From contig NC_057711.1 in NCBI RefSeq assembly GCF_004010195.1, forward strand, positions 76,525,817-76,587,816: a stretch of DNA of 62,000 nucleotides. Reading direction: 5' to 3'. Under the pieces are notes generated by a model. It did no database searches, was not told where the DNA came from, and worked only from the letters and a program-made list of their open reading frames with translations. The stretch's first letter is position 1. Every line of letters begins with the position of its first letter. Source of the stretch: Chiloscyllium plagiosum (Eukaryota). This document shows positions 51,536 through 62,000 of the stretch, piece by piece. The position numbers were made by a program, and so were the translations under genes.

Positions 51536-52727
51536 TTTAATTGCCTAGTCTGGTCACCAGGTACATCCTCCAAAAGCTTCTATGTTGTCTATTACCACAA
51601 ACTGTGAGGCTGAGGTAGATTAGCTAGGAGAAATGTAGCATCACAGAGATAGGGTAAGGAGGTGGGCCTGGGTGGGATGCTCTTCAGAGGGTAGATGTGG
51701 ACTTGATGGACCAAATGGCTTGCTTACAAATTGTACGGAATCTTGTTTCTAAATACTATTATGCCCTCTGATACTCCAAACTGTCCATTCAGTTTGAATC
51801 TACCCCCACCCTTACTACACAGTACTGAACTCCATTTCTATAAATGCCTCTGCTTGCACCCCTCACACTCCCCATCCCTTTTGGCATTGATCCCCTTTCT
51901 TACCCCTCAGGTACCACTCCCCGACTCCTCCCAGAAGCCACCTGAAGGTCCACTGGATATACTCCCAAGACTATAATCACAGAAAACTCCTACTGACTTT
52001 GAAGACCAGCTCCGGATATGACTGACCAGACTCCTGACCACCATCTTTGCAGCTCCCTAACTAATGATATATAGTTCCCCTGATTGCTAGTGGTGGTTCA
52101 GGATTAACAGCCACACACCTCTTTGAGTATACTGAGATAAATCTCCTGACTGGAAGCTTCACAAGCAAATGATTGACCATGACTAAACTTCTGGACAATG
52201 TGCAGTCTGTGCCCATGGCTGACAGCACTGAGAATCCCTGATCCAGGGATTCCCAGGCAGTGGCTCCTCCTGGACGGGGCTGAAGACTAGCTCCCAATAA
52301 TTTCCGCATGTTCATTGGGTTGAATGAATGTGCGGTATGTTTGCCATGCTGGCAGCTGCTACATGTCATACATCAAGATATACCCTCTGACCCAGGCAAA
52401 TCCATATTGACAAGTAGGCTGCATGTGTGTCTGTGTTGAAAATTATTTCAAAATAGCAGTATTGATAGCTTTTCGCTCTGGATAACATCGTGGTGCAATA
52501 ACAGGCAAGGCAACCCAAGGCACGCATGGATGCTACGGAGCCACAAGACTGAACCTGACACATTTGTTGGACTGTAGAGGCATGCACTCCCTGACCGATA
52601 ACATCCTGGGTGGATGCATGATAGTGGACAACTTCTTTGTGTAGTATTGAAGGCTTATTGTGCCAGGAACCCCTGACTCTATTGACTTCACTGAGGACTA
52701 TTTCCCTAAGACATTGAGACATGCTCA

Positions 52728-52905
52728 AAAACAAAAACAGAAGTTGCTGTAAAAGCTCAGTAGGTCTGGCAGAATTTGTGAAGATAAATCAGAGTTGACA
52801 TTTCGAGTCCGGTGACCCTTCCACTGAACTAGTGTCTGTTCACAGATGCTGCCAGATCAGCTCAGCTTTTCCAGCAACTTCTGTATTGGTTTCTGATTTA
52901 CAGCA
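52728..52905. mobile_element. Fold-back PLE-terminus element (family D), decayed
   Basis: Inverted arms acagaagttgctgtaaaagct..tctggcag / ctgccagat..agcttttccagcaacttctgt; minus strand gaaGGGTCaccgGACTcGAAATGTC. Confidence 0.65.
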
Positions 52906-53759
52906 ACTATGATCAAGGAGAAAGGGAGTGTGACATGGTGTGGATAGCTAGGGAGGCTCCTAGCATGGGAAGAAGACTACAGTACCTATTGCTGGGATTG
53001 GACAGCTGCAGGAATATGACAACTGTGAAGGGGACGGGAATACAATAAAGCTTGGATGGGAATGGGTTTATGAAGGAGAGGACCAATCATCCATTGGTCA
53101 GGACCAGCCTGCTGTCAAGGGGATTACAGTCTATAACCACACCTGGCATGGTCACCTCATATGGCAGAGGCTTGGGGTTGAAGATGGCCAGGTGTAGGCT
53201 CACATTGATGGGCTGGGTAAAGGCCTGAGGTGGTGTGAAGCTTATGAGGTTCACAGGAAGGGCTATCAGAGTCACCTGATTAAGTGTCATCTAGACTCGA
53301 AACATTAGCATGCTGCCTGACCCCCTGGATTTCCATCAGTTTTGTTTATAGTAAAGACACATTTATGTTTATTGTTTTCTGCCCACCAGTCAATCTTCTA
53401 TTCATGCTAATCTGTTACCCCTTACATCATGAATTTGTTTTCAGGAAACCTTTGACATGGCATCTTGTCAAATGCCTTGAGAAATTTAAAGGTAATCTAC
53501 ATACAGGACCTTTACCCACAGCACATTCCTCCTTCAAAGAATTCTAATTTATCAAATTAAGCATTATTTCCATGAATGATGCCTATTCTTCCTGATCACC
53601 TCGGTAGAGGATACACTGCCATAGATATCAAGGTTTTTTGCATGATATCGAAAAAAAGGTTCTCCTTTCCTTTAGTGTCCTAGTCATACCGTCACATACC
53701 TGGGCCTCAAACAGAGATCCGCTAACAGCCTGCTGGATTTCATGGACTTTCATACCTCT

Positions 53760-54360
53760 TTAAGAAGATAGGAACAGCAATAGGCCATTCAGCCCCTCAA
53801 GTCTGTTTCACCATGCAATGAGATCATGACTGATCTGTGGCTTAACTCCACATATCTGCATTTTCCCCTTATCCCATAACACCCTTGATTAACAAAACTT
53901 TATGTATCTCAGATTTAAAATTAACAACTGTTCCTGCATCCATTGCCATTTGTGGAAGAGAATTCCAAACATCTACCACACTTTGTGTGCAGAAGTGCTT
54001 CCTAATATTTCTTCTGAACAATCAGGCCTTACTTTTCAGACGATGCCCGCGACTCTATAATCCCCAACCAATGGGAATACTTTATAGTTATTTGCCCTAA
54101 CTTTTCCTGTTACTGTCTTGAAGACTTTGATCAGATCATCCATTAATCTTCTAAATTATAGAGAAAACAGGCCTAATTTGTATAATTTCTCCTCATAACT
54201 TAGCCATGAAGTCCAGGTGTCATTATTGTAAACCTACACAGTACTTTCTCCAAGGGCCATTATATCCTTCATAAGCTGTGGTGCCCAGATCTACTCACAG
54301 TACTCTAAGTGGGATCTAACCAGGATTTTGTATAACTGCAGCATAACTTTGGCATCCTTT
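53760..54360 (-). mobile_element. CR1 LINE 3' portion
   Basis: ggaacagcaataggccattcagcccctcaag..gagatcatgactgatct..gagaattccaaaca, a typical CR1 3' end in reverse. Confidence 0.7.
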
Positions 54361-55838
54361 TTAAACAAATCACTCTAGGTATGTCTACAAAACATTAAAT
54401 AAATTCATTTTTACACAATCTATCAAGATGCAAGTGGTTGAAGCAATATTCAATATACACTTCTTTGTAACACAGGCCTCTGGATTACTTGTCGCAATAT
54501 CATAGTCACAATGCAATTATAGCTCCAGAAACCAATCACTTGCACAAATTTAAAGGCTAATTTAATAAAAAAGCCTCCATCTTTTCTTCCATTTCATCCC
54601 TTGCAATCAAACACTCATATCCATCATTTTCAAAAGCAGCAACAGTTTGGATTTTCTAGCATCTGTGATGCAGAAAAGTGCCACAAAGCAGCTATCAAGA
54701 AATCAAATAGATGCAGCGTCAAAGAGGCTGTGGAGAGAGATTAGCATGGCTCATCCGGAAAAGTTATTCACAGGTCAATTTTGAAGTGATATTTGAAAGT
54801 AGGGTGAAGAGCAGTAATATTTAGAGAGAAGTTTCCAGAGCAAAAGAAATTCCAGCTGTTGAACGCACAGCTGCCATTGATGGTTAGGGTCACATGCACA
54901 AGAAACCAGATCTCAACTTTGGCCTCCACAGTGGAACATGCAGGACCATGGAGGGCATCATTAAATCGTAATATCAGGGCTCAGAGGATAGAGAGGAAAG
55001 TTCAAGGTAGATCTCTAAGTCGTGGGCTTCCAAGTTGCAGGGTTATTGCGGGAATGGCCTGCCCAGGTATAGCAAGGTATTAGTGTTGGAGACTTTGGTT
55101 GGTTGTTTGGGTTGGGATGGTGGGGAGGGGGTTGGTGCTGTGTGGTATGGGAGCGAGATTGGTGGAATGGGGGTTACTTGGTGATCAGGCTGAGCCCAGT
55201 GATGACAGTGTCTACTGTGAATGCACTCTCTGCCATCACTTGCTGTTGCTGGAAGTAACTTGCAACTAGAAAATGCATAGATCCCTAGCCAAACTGAATC
55301 TGGTCAGTATTGGTTTGAGGGGCAACAGTGTCAGAAAGACAGTGTAGGGCAAAGGCATCAATCATGTATTTGCAAACTGAAGCTACACTTGCTCTGTGAT
55401 CAATATCAGGTTGCACGTGAAATATTTTCATTCTGAATGTGTTTGGAATTAACATGCTGGTCACAAGCAATGTTCACTATGTTATTGGACCACTGTGGAC
55501 CATGGACCTCTACATCTCTGCTGTGGTTCAAGATGCAGCATATTTCATGTGCAGAACAGTCTAAGTAGCTGTTAACTACAGGACGTTCCAGTATTGACCC
55601 TTCTCTGAGGTAAGAAGCTGTTCTGTTTCTTATGCTCCCAAAATAGGTGGCTATCAGCAGAAGTCATGGACCCAGTTATGTGTATAATGCTGGTCACAGT
55701 GACTGCTTTGCTAAGAAAGCAAAGGAAATATAGGAAGAGCAGGTTCAATAGCATGTCTAGGAGTAGTAGCAGGCTGCCCATGGATGCTGTGAGAATCCAG
55801 CTCAGGGAGAGCTTGCAGATACAGGAAACATCAAGATG

Positions 55839-55929
55839 CCTGATGAAAGGCTTTTGCCCAAAACATCGATTTTCCTGCTCCTCAGATGTTGCCTGACCGG
55901 CTGTGCTTTTCCAGCACCACTCTAATCTA
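55839..55929 (+). mobile_element. Solo PLE-terminus fragment with decayed hammerhead motif
   Basis: cCTGATGAaaGGCttttGCCcAAAACATC..ctgtgcttttccagcaccactctaatct, homologous to 61018-61108. Confidence 0.75.
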
Positions 55930-56560
55930 AACCCTCATGATGCCCAGGGCCAAAGAATGGTATGAGTCATTTAACCTCACGATCACTTCCTTGACATAAA
56001 TGAGGTGTAGCGTTGATGCAGTGTCTGTAGTCCTGCGACACCATAATGGAACTGTGCCAGTTGGGATCTGCATATGTTCCTGGTGGCTGTGAAGGAAACA
56101 GCTGCTTTGACCTTCCATGTGACTGCCTTCCTCCAGCAAACAAAGAGCAGCTCGTTTGGGATCTCTCAGTTGTCCACCCACAAATGGATCAGGGGAGTGA
56201 GCAATACCATCTGTGCCAGATCACAGTGGATCATTCCCTGTCCAGGTCAATGCAACAGCCCAGCTAATTCAATTCGGAAGCATGGCTGGGCTCCCTCAGG
56301 TACAGGGTGCCATCGGATGCTGTTAGCACTGAGGGGGCCCTATCCCAATGCTGCACAGTTCATCAACAGGAAAGAGTTTCATTCAATTAATGCTAAGGTG
56401 ATGTGTAATTACTGATTTCTTCTTTTCAAGCTATATGCCTGCTACCCTGGAGCACTCTCGTGTATGTGCTGTATTTGAGGGCTGAGGTGCCTTTCAAAGC
56501 TGGTTAGTGGGAGACAAGGGCTATCTAGTGTGACTTTGGCTCATGCCACCATTGTGTCTG
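55930..56560 (+). pseudogene. Harbinger/PIF (HARBI1-like DDE) transposase relic
   Basis: VAVKETAALTF..GISQ..HKWI, QGAI, FINRKEFHSIN..C, YPG, WLVGDKGY..WLMP motifs in order, with stops and frameshifts. Confidence 0.8.
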
Positions 56561-56849
56561 ACACAGGTGCAAGATCCACCTTCACACAAAGGCCCTGAGT
56601 GCCCTTTCAACAGAGCACTGAATTGGATCCAGCAGCCCAGTCAAGTTCACCAGAGTGGGTAGTATATGAGTTTTTCAGGCAGTCAGCCTTGGTCAGGAAA
56701 AGTTAACTTAATTTGTGTAAGAATTGTTTTCTTTATCTTGCGAGGTTTTAATAAAAAAATGTAACTGTTTCGTATAGTAATAGAACCTGGTTAATTGCAT
56801 TTTATGAGTTATGAACTGATCCAAGTGTATGGAATATTGTGCAGGCAAC

Positions 56850-57600
56850 AATACCCATATCGATGACTTAGATGGAGGAACTGAAGTTGCAAAATTTGCT
56901 GATCATAAAATGATAGATAGGAAAGTAAATTGTGAATAGAACATAAGGAATCTGCAAAGCAATATACATAGGCTACATGAATGGATGAAAGGTTAACATA
57001 TTATGGGAAAATGGAATTTTGTCCATTTTGGAGAGAAATATAGAAAGCAGCACATTCTTTAAATAGAGGAAGACTGAATAACTTTGAATATCAAAACATT
57101 AGCATGGAGATATAGTTAAGAAGGCAAATAAAATGTTGCCACTTATTTCAGGGCAATTTATAATACAAAAATAAAAAACTTCCGGTGAGACTGCTGCCAT
57201 TTTAACACCTTATTTAATGAATAACATAATTGCCCCAGAAGCAACAGAGAGAAAATTAATGCAGCAGGGATGAGGGCATTATGTTGTGAAGGTTGGAAGG
57301 CAATAGCTGAATTTGCTGAAGTTTAGATGAACGAGAGACAATTTCATTGAAACATCTAAAGATCCTGAGAGGACTTGACAGGGTGAATGTTAGGATGATA
57401 TTTCCTCTTTGGGACAGATGAGAACTAGATACACAATTTTTAAAAAGTTTATCATTTAATATCAACATGTGGAGAATTTGCCTTCTCTTATAAGGTCATA
57501 AGTCTATGGAATTATCTTCCGTACAAACAATTGGAGGCAAGATAACTGAATATTTTTAAGACACAGAGATAGATTTTTGATCTCCGAGGGACTTGAAGCA
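56850..57600 (+). mobile_element. Degenerate CR1 LINE RT and 3' fragment
   Basis: gttgcaaaatttgctgatcat (KFAD), gatcctgagaggacttgacagggtg, ctatggaattatctt. Confidence 0.6.
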
Positions 57601-58354
57601 ACATCACTGGAAATGACATCATAAAACAGTTAACTGCTAATCTTTTGTTTAAAACCCAACCAAACAATTCAATTCTAATTGGCCCAGAAATATCAGAAAA
57701 AGGCTATCCCCAAAGCTGAAAAAAATGGAATAAGTGGCCATGTTTCTTTGGAGTTTACAAAAGACTGGACCTTATCTGTGAAGACATCTAGCTTCTAGTT
57801 GGTGCAAGTGAGCCACACCACAAGCTCAACCGATAAACTTGTTGCAGTATTAAGACTAACAGGTTTGTTTAGCAAGTGTTGCTCAGTCACAGAATCTCCA
57901 CCGTTGAAATATGTTCTGTGTTTTACAAGCACAGGCTGGTTGAGGACAGTCAGTATTCTTCCTGTTATGAATAATTGAAGGGACTTGCTGTTGAATATAT
58001 GATCTATCAAGGACATACTGCCAACATACAGCAACATAAGTTTGTAAACTACACTACTTACTGTGTGATAGGCAGTGTCCTTTTGGTCTGACAGCAAGCA
58101 GCTAGTTAGTGAACAATACCACCCATGCTACTACTGCATAGTAGTAATGACACAGCTAGCTTCACTGAGTGCTCATGTTTCAGACACATTAAATCAAAGG
58201 TTAACTGGAAACTTTCAAAACTGAACTTGTGGACAATACCTAGTGAGAAATGATCTGATCAGGATAGCCATCATCCCATCAAATAGCTTTGATATGCTAT
58301 TTCAACATTGTTTGCAAGGTTTCAGCCTGATTTTCAAGATTGCAGGTAGGTTCC

Positions 58355-58620
58355 CATAGATTCCCTACACTGTGGACACTGGCCATTCGGCCCAACAAGT
58401 CCACACCATTCGTCTGAAGAGCATCCCATCTAGGTCATTGCAACCCTGCATTTCCTGTGGCGATCACACCTAATCTTCACACAATGGGTCATTTAACATG
58501 GCAACCCACGCAGGCACAGGGAGAAATGTGTAAACTCCACACAGTTCTCAGAGGCTGGAATTGAACCCAGCTCCCCAGCAATGAGGCATCAGTGCTAACT
58601 ACTGAGTTACCTTTGTCGCC
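58355..58620 (-). mobile_element. Degenerate HE1-like V-SINE
   Basis: cggcccaacaagtccacacc..aaactccacacag..ggaattgaaccc..gtgctaactact, matches 42732-43106. Confidence 0.8.
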
Positions 58621-58894
58621 CCCATAATTTTACATAGTGAGAAACTGTAGGATCCAAAAGCATATATTACCATTGAAGATAGGCTTAGTGTAGTCAGTAG
58701 TATAAAACCTAGTAATTGGTTTCTCAACTAGCATAATTGAGAGAAAGGAGTTTGCTAGCTGCTCAATTTTGAAGGTGCATTTAAGTGGTGGACGGAGTTC
58801 ATTAAGGTGTAAATTCTTACATAAAGCTGCAGATTCAATAAAGCAAATATATGACATAGGCGTTGGAAAAATAGAACCACTACAAGAGAAAATT

Positions 58895-59150
58895 AAGGGA
58901 TATGCTGGTGGCCAGAAATGGGTAAAGACAGTATGTTGAAAATGTTATCCTCTGTGCACAACACAATCCAGACAAGTGTGCACAAAAGGGAAAGTTAAGA
59001 CACACCCAACCAGTTGAGAGTCATTGGACAAATTTGCAGATTTATTTTCTCAGCTCTTTACCACTTTGCTGGAGAATAAGAGCATATCCTGGTCATAGTT
59101 GACATATTCAGTAAACGGGTTAAATTATTCCCTGCCTGGACCATCACAGA
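58895..59150 (+). pseudogene. Retroviral-type (Gypsy/ERV-like) integrase relic, N-terminal part
   Basis: CWWPEMGKD..ILCAQHNP..KLRH..HWTNLQIYF..LP..ILVIVDIFSKRVKLFP (Zn-binding region and start of the rve core). Confidence 0.75.
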
Positions 59151-59155
59151 TTCTA

Positions 59156-61106
59156 GGCAAAAGTGAGGACTGTAGATGTTAGAGATCAGAGTAAAGATTA
59201 GAATGGTACAGGAAAAGCACAGCAGATCAGGCAGCATCCAAGGAGCAGGAAAAAATCAACATTTCAGGCAAAAGGTCTTCATCAGGAATGAGGCTGGGAG
59301 TCTCCAGGGTGGAGAGATCAATAGAAGTGGCGGGGGGGGGGAAAGGGGAAGAGAAGAGAGTGAGGTGGGGAGAAGGCAGCTAAGAGTTCAATAGGTGGAT
59401 AGAGGTGGGGATGAAGGTGATAGGTCAGAGAGGAGGTTTGAGCTGATAGGTGGGAAGATTGGCAGGTAGGACTGGTCAGGAGGATGGTGCTGAGCTGGCT
59501 GGTTGGAACTGGGGTAAGGTGGGGGGAGGGGCGAGGAAAGGAGGAAATGAAGAAATTGGTGAAGTCCACATTGATGCTCTGGGGCTGAAGCGTGCCGAGG
59601 CAGAGGATTAGGTGTTCTTCCATCAGGCGGTGATAGAGTGGCAGTGGAGGAGGCCCAGGACCTCTGTAGTTACACCGGCACCACTCACCACTTCTTCCGT
59701 TCCTTTGATGAGTGTAATCTGCGCCACCTCGTGTTCCCACAAAGTGGTTGAGCAGTTCATCAACTTCACCAACACATTCTGCCCTGACCTTAAATTCACC
59801 TGGACCATCTCTGACACCTCCCTCCTCTTCCTGGGTCTCTCCATCTCCATCAATAACAATCAACTCAACAACCCACTGACTCCCACAGCTACCTGGATTA
59901 CACCTCTTCCCACCCTATCTCCTGCAAAAATGCTATCCTGTATTCCCAATTCCTCTGCCTCCGCCATATCTGCTCCCAGGAGGACCAGTTCCGCTACAGA
60001 ACGCACCAAGTGGCCTCCTTCAATAAAGGCCGTAATTTCCCCTCCCACATTGTTGAAGATGCTATCAAACGCATGTCATCCACGTTCCGCGAACTCCACC
60101 CTCCAACCGCAACAAGGACAGAACCCCTTTCCCGGTCCTCACCTTGCACCCCACCAAGCTCCGCATAAACCTCATCATCCGCCATTTCCACCACCTACAA
60201 AAGGATTCCACCAATAGGGATATATTTCCCTCCCCAACCCTATCTGCTTTCCTCAAAAGACCGTTCCCTCCATGACTACCTGGTCAGGTCCACTCACCCC
60301 CAACAACCCACCGTCCCCTGCTGGCACGTTCCCCTGCCACCGCAGGAATTGCAAAACCACACGTTCCCCTCCCCATTCAAGGCCCCAAAGAAGCCTTCCA
60401 CATCCATCAAAGTTTCCCCTGCACATCCACAACTATCATTTATTGTATCTGATGTTCCTGATGCGGTCTCCTTTACATTGAGGAGATGAGATGCCTTCTC
60501 GCACAGCACTTCAATCAACTCAACACTGACATTTTTTTTAATATACAAACCCACTGACTCCCACAGCTACCTGGATTACACCTCTTCCCACCCTATCTCC
60601 TGCAAAAATGAGAACATGTTCCCTAGAGAACATCTCCAGGACAGCCGCCCCAATTAACCCCACTGCCCCGTGGCCGAACATTTCAACTTCCTCTTCCACT
60701 CTGCCGAAGACATGCAGGTCCTTGGCCTCCGCCACCCATCACACGCCTAGAGGAAGAACGCCTCATCTTCCGCCTCGGAACTCTTCAAACCCAGGGCATC
60801 AATGTAGACACCACCAGTTTCCTCATTTCCCCCCCCCCCCCTTACCCCAGTTCCAACCTGTCAGCTCAGCACCATCCTCATGACCTGTCCTACTTGCTCA
60901 TCTTCCTTCCTACCTATCCACTCCACCTTCATCCACCTATTTCACTCTTAGCTATCTTCACCCCAATCCCATCCCCCTCCCATTTATCTCTCCACCCCAG
61001 AGGCTCCCAGCCTCATTCCTGATTAAGGGCTTTTGCCCAAAACATTGATTTTCCTGCTCCTCAAAATGCTGTCTGACCTGCTGTGCTTTTCCAGCACCAT
61101 TCTAAT
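59156..61106 (+). mobile_element. Penelope-like element: inverted 3' arm plus RT C-terminus, GIY-YIG and pLTR
   Basis: 59156-~59660 is an inverted copy of the 3' end; plus-strand body FINFTNTFCPDLKFTWTIS..PTDSHSYLDY..GLLYI..EERLIFRLGTL; degenerate duplication ctggac..catc(a/g)cagatt at ~59136 and ~61107. Confidence 0.9.
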
Positions 61107-61397
61107 CTGGACACACATCGCAGATTATATTATGACAGGTATTGACTAGGTGGGAGCTCCCCACATTCAATACAAGCTGTTCAGGAGCCCCATTTCACCA
61201 CTCAGGTAATGCAACATGTCCCTATGTGAGATAAACTAAGAACTCCACATTGCAGACCACCTCCATTCAAATGGGATCGTGAAGAGAATGAACCATACCA
61301 TAAAAGGTATAATTACGAAGACATCCAGCAAAATAATTCCACTTGGGATATGGCGCTATCTGTTGATCTGATGTTGGTATGGATTTACTCACATAGC

Positions 61398-61620
61398 TGA
61401 AAATGTGCTGCTGGAAAAGCGCAGCAGGTCAGGCAGCATCCAGGGAACAGGAGAATCGACGTTTCGGGCATAAGCCCTTCTTCAGGATTCCTGAAGAAGG
61501 ACTTATGCCCAAAACGTCGATTCTCCTGTTCCCTGGATGCTGCCTGACCTGCTGCGCTTTTCCAGCAACACATTTTCAGCTCTGATCTCCAGCATCTGCA
61601 GACCTCACTTTCTCCTCAAA
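61398..61620. mobile_element. Young palindromic PLE-terminus element (family C) with back-to-back hammerhead motifs
   Basis: ~92-bp near-perfect inverted arms around att at 61487-61489; perfect 16-bp duplication gatttactcacatagc at 61382-61397 and 61621-61636. Confidence 0.9.
61451..61487 (-). ncRNA. Putative minimal hammerhead ribozyme (PLE type), core intact
   Basis: ucCUGAAGA-A-GGGC-uuau-GCCC-GAAA-CGUC: CUGANGA and GAAA core, 4-bp stem II, palindromic ACGU in place of stem III, GUC site. Confidence 0.7.
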
Positions 61621-62000
61621 GATTTACTCACATAGCCTAATGGTTGGATGCTCTATGAAAGGAATTGAACTGCTGTTAAGATGAGTTCTATCTGAGCCAG
61701 AAATCAGCCTTCATCTATGAACAGGTAGTGAAAACACTGCTACAAAACATACACGCTGTGCAGATGATAGCTGCCATTAAACCAGGGCAGAAAGGAAATG
61801 AAGTGCAGCCTACTTTGATGGCAAAGCAAATGAAACAGGGTACATGTACAAGGTAGGACAATAGGTAATGCTCCAGGTTTTCCAACCAGGCACATTTCAG
61901 TCCCTCCCAAATACTCTGGCCTCTATTCTATTTTGGAGAAGGCAAGCCAGGTGTATAAGAGACTGCCTCTAAAATGACCAGATGGTATCATATAAACTAC

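Larger units (their letters stand above)
61125..62000 (+). pseudogene. Retroviral-type integrase relic, core and C-terminal part (interrupted at 61398-61620)
   Basis: RWELP..HFTTQV..LHIADHLHSNGIVKRMNHTIK..WDMAL; C-terminal YKVGQ*VML..PKYSGLYSI..VYK..WYHIN (GPY/F-like). Confidence 0.75.

Noticed and set aside
57600..58350. Possible RT/RNase H or LTR upstream of the integrase relic
   Set aside because: No recognisable motifs by eye; left unannotated
61385..61585. Near-identical ORFs on both strands (MCCWKSAAGQ...)
   Set aside because: Consequence of the DNA palindrome; no evidence of a protein gene
1..62000. CRISPR array, prokaryotic operon or contamination
   Set aside because: No regularly spaced repeats; content is a spliced vertebrate gene plus vertebrate transposons

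Overview
Eukaryotic DNA, very probably from a shark (HE1-like V-SINEs, CR1 LINEs with an esterase ORF1, Penelope elements). The only host gene is the 3' part of PCSK5 on the + strand, in its long membrane-bound PC5/6B form. Ten GT-AG exons between 4653 and 38136 splice in phase to 2078 nt (~692 aa): furin-like Cys-rich repeats, a TM helix and the acidic cytosolic tail. A ~3.3 kb stretch without recognised repeats follows and is a candidate 3' UTR. Introns and the downstream region are full of mostly decayed transposons: CR1 and CR1/L2-group LINEs, SINEs, TG..CA solo-LTR-like elements, Harbinger relics, a retroviral-type integrase relic and Penelope-like elements (PLEs). The first main observation is a set of short, often fold-back PLE-terminus insertions with minimal hammerhead ribozyme motifs from about four sequence families, several with 11-16 bp target-site duplications. 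The second is a LINE family whose 5' end is a tRNA-derived SINE-like head joined to the EN-RT ORF with no ORF1; it occurs as long, internally deleted and SINE-sized versions. An 870-nt assembly gap lies at 27627-28496. All calls were made by eye; repeat boundaries are approximate and family names need database confirmation.
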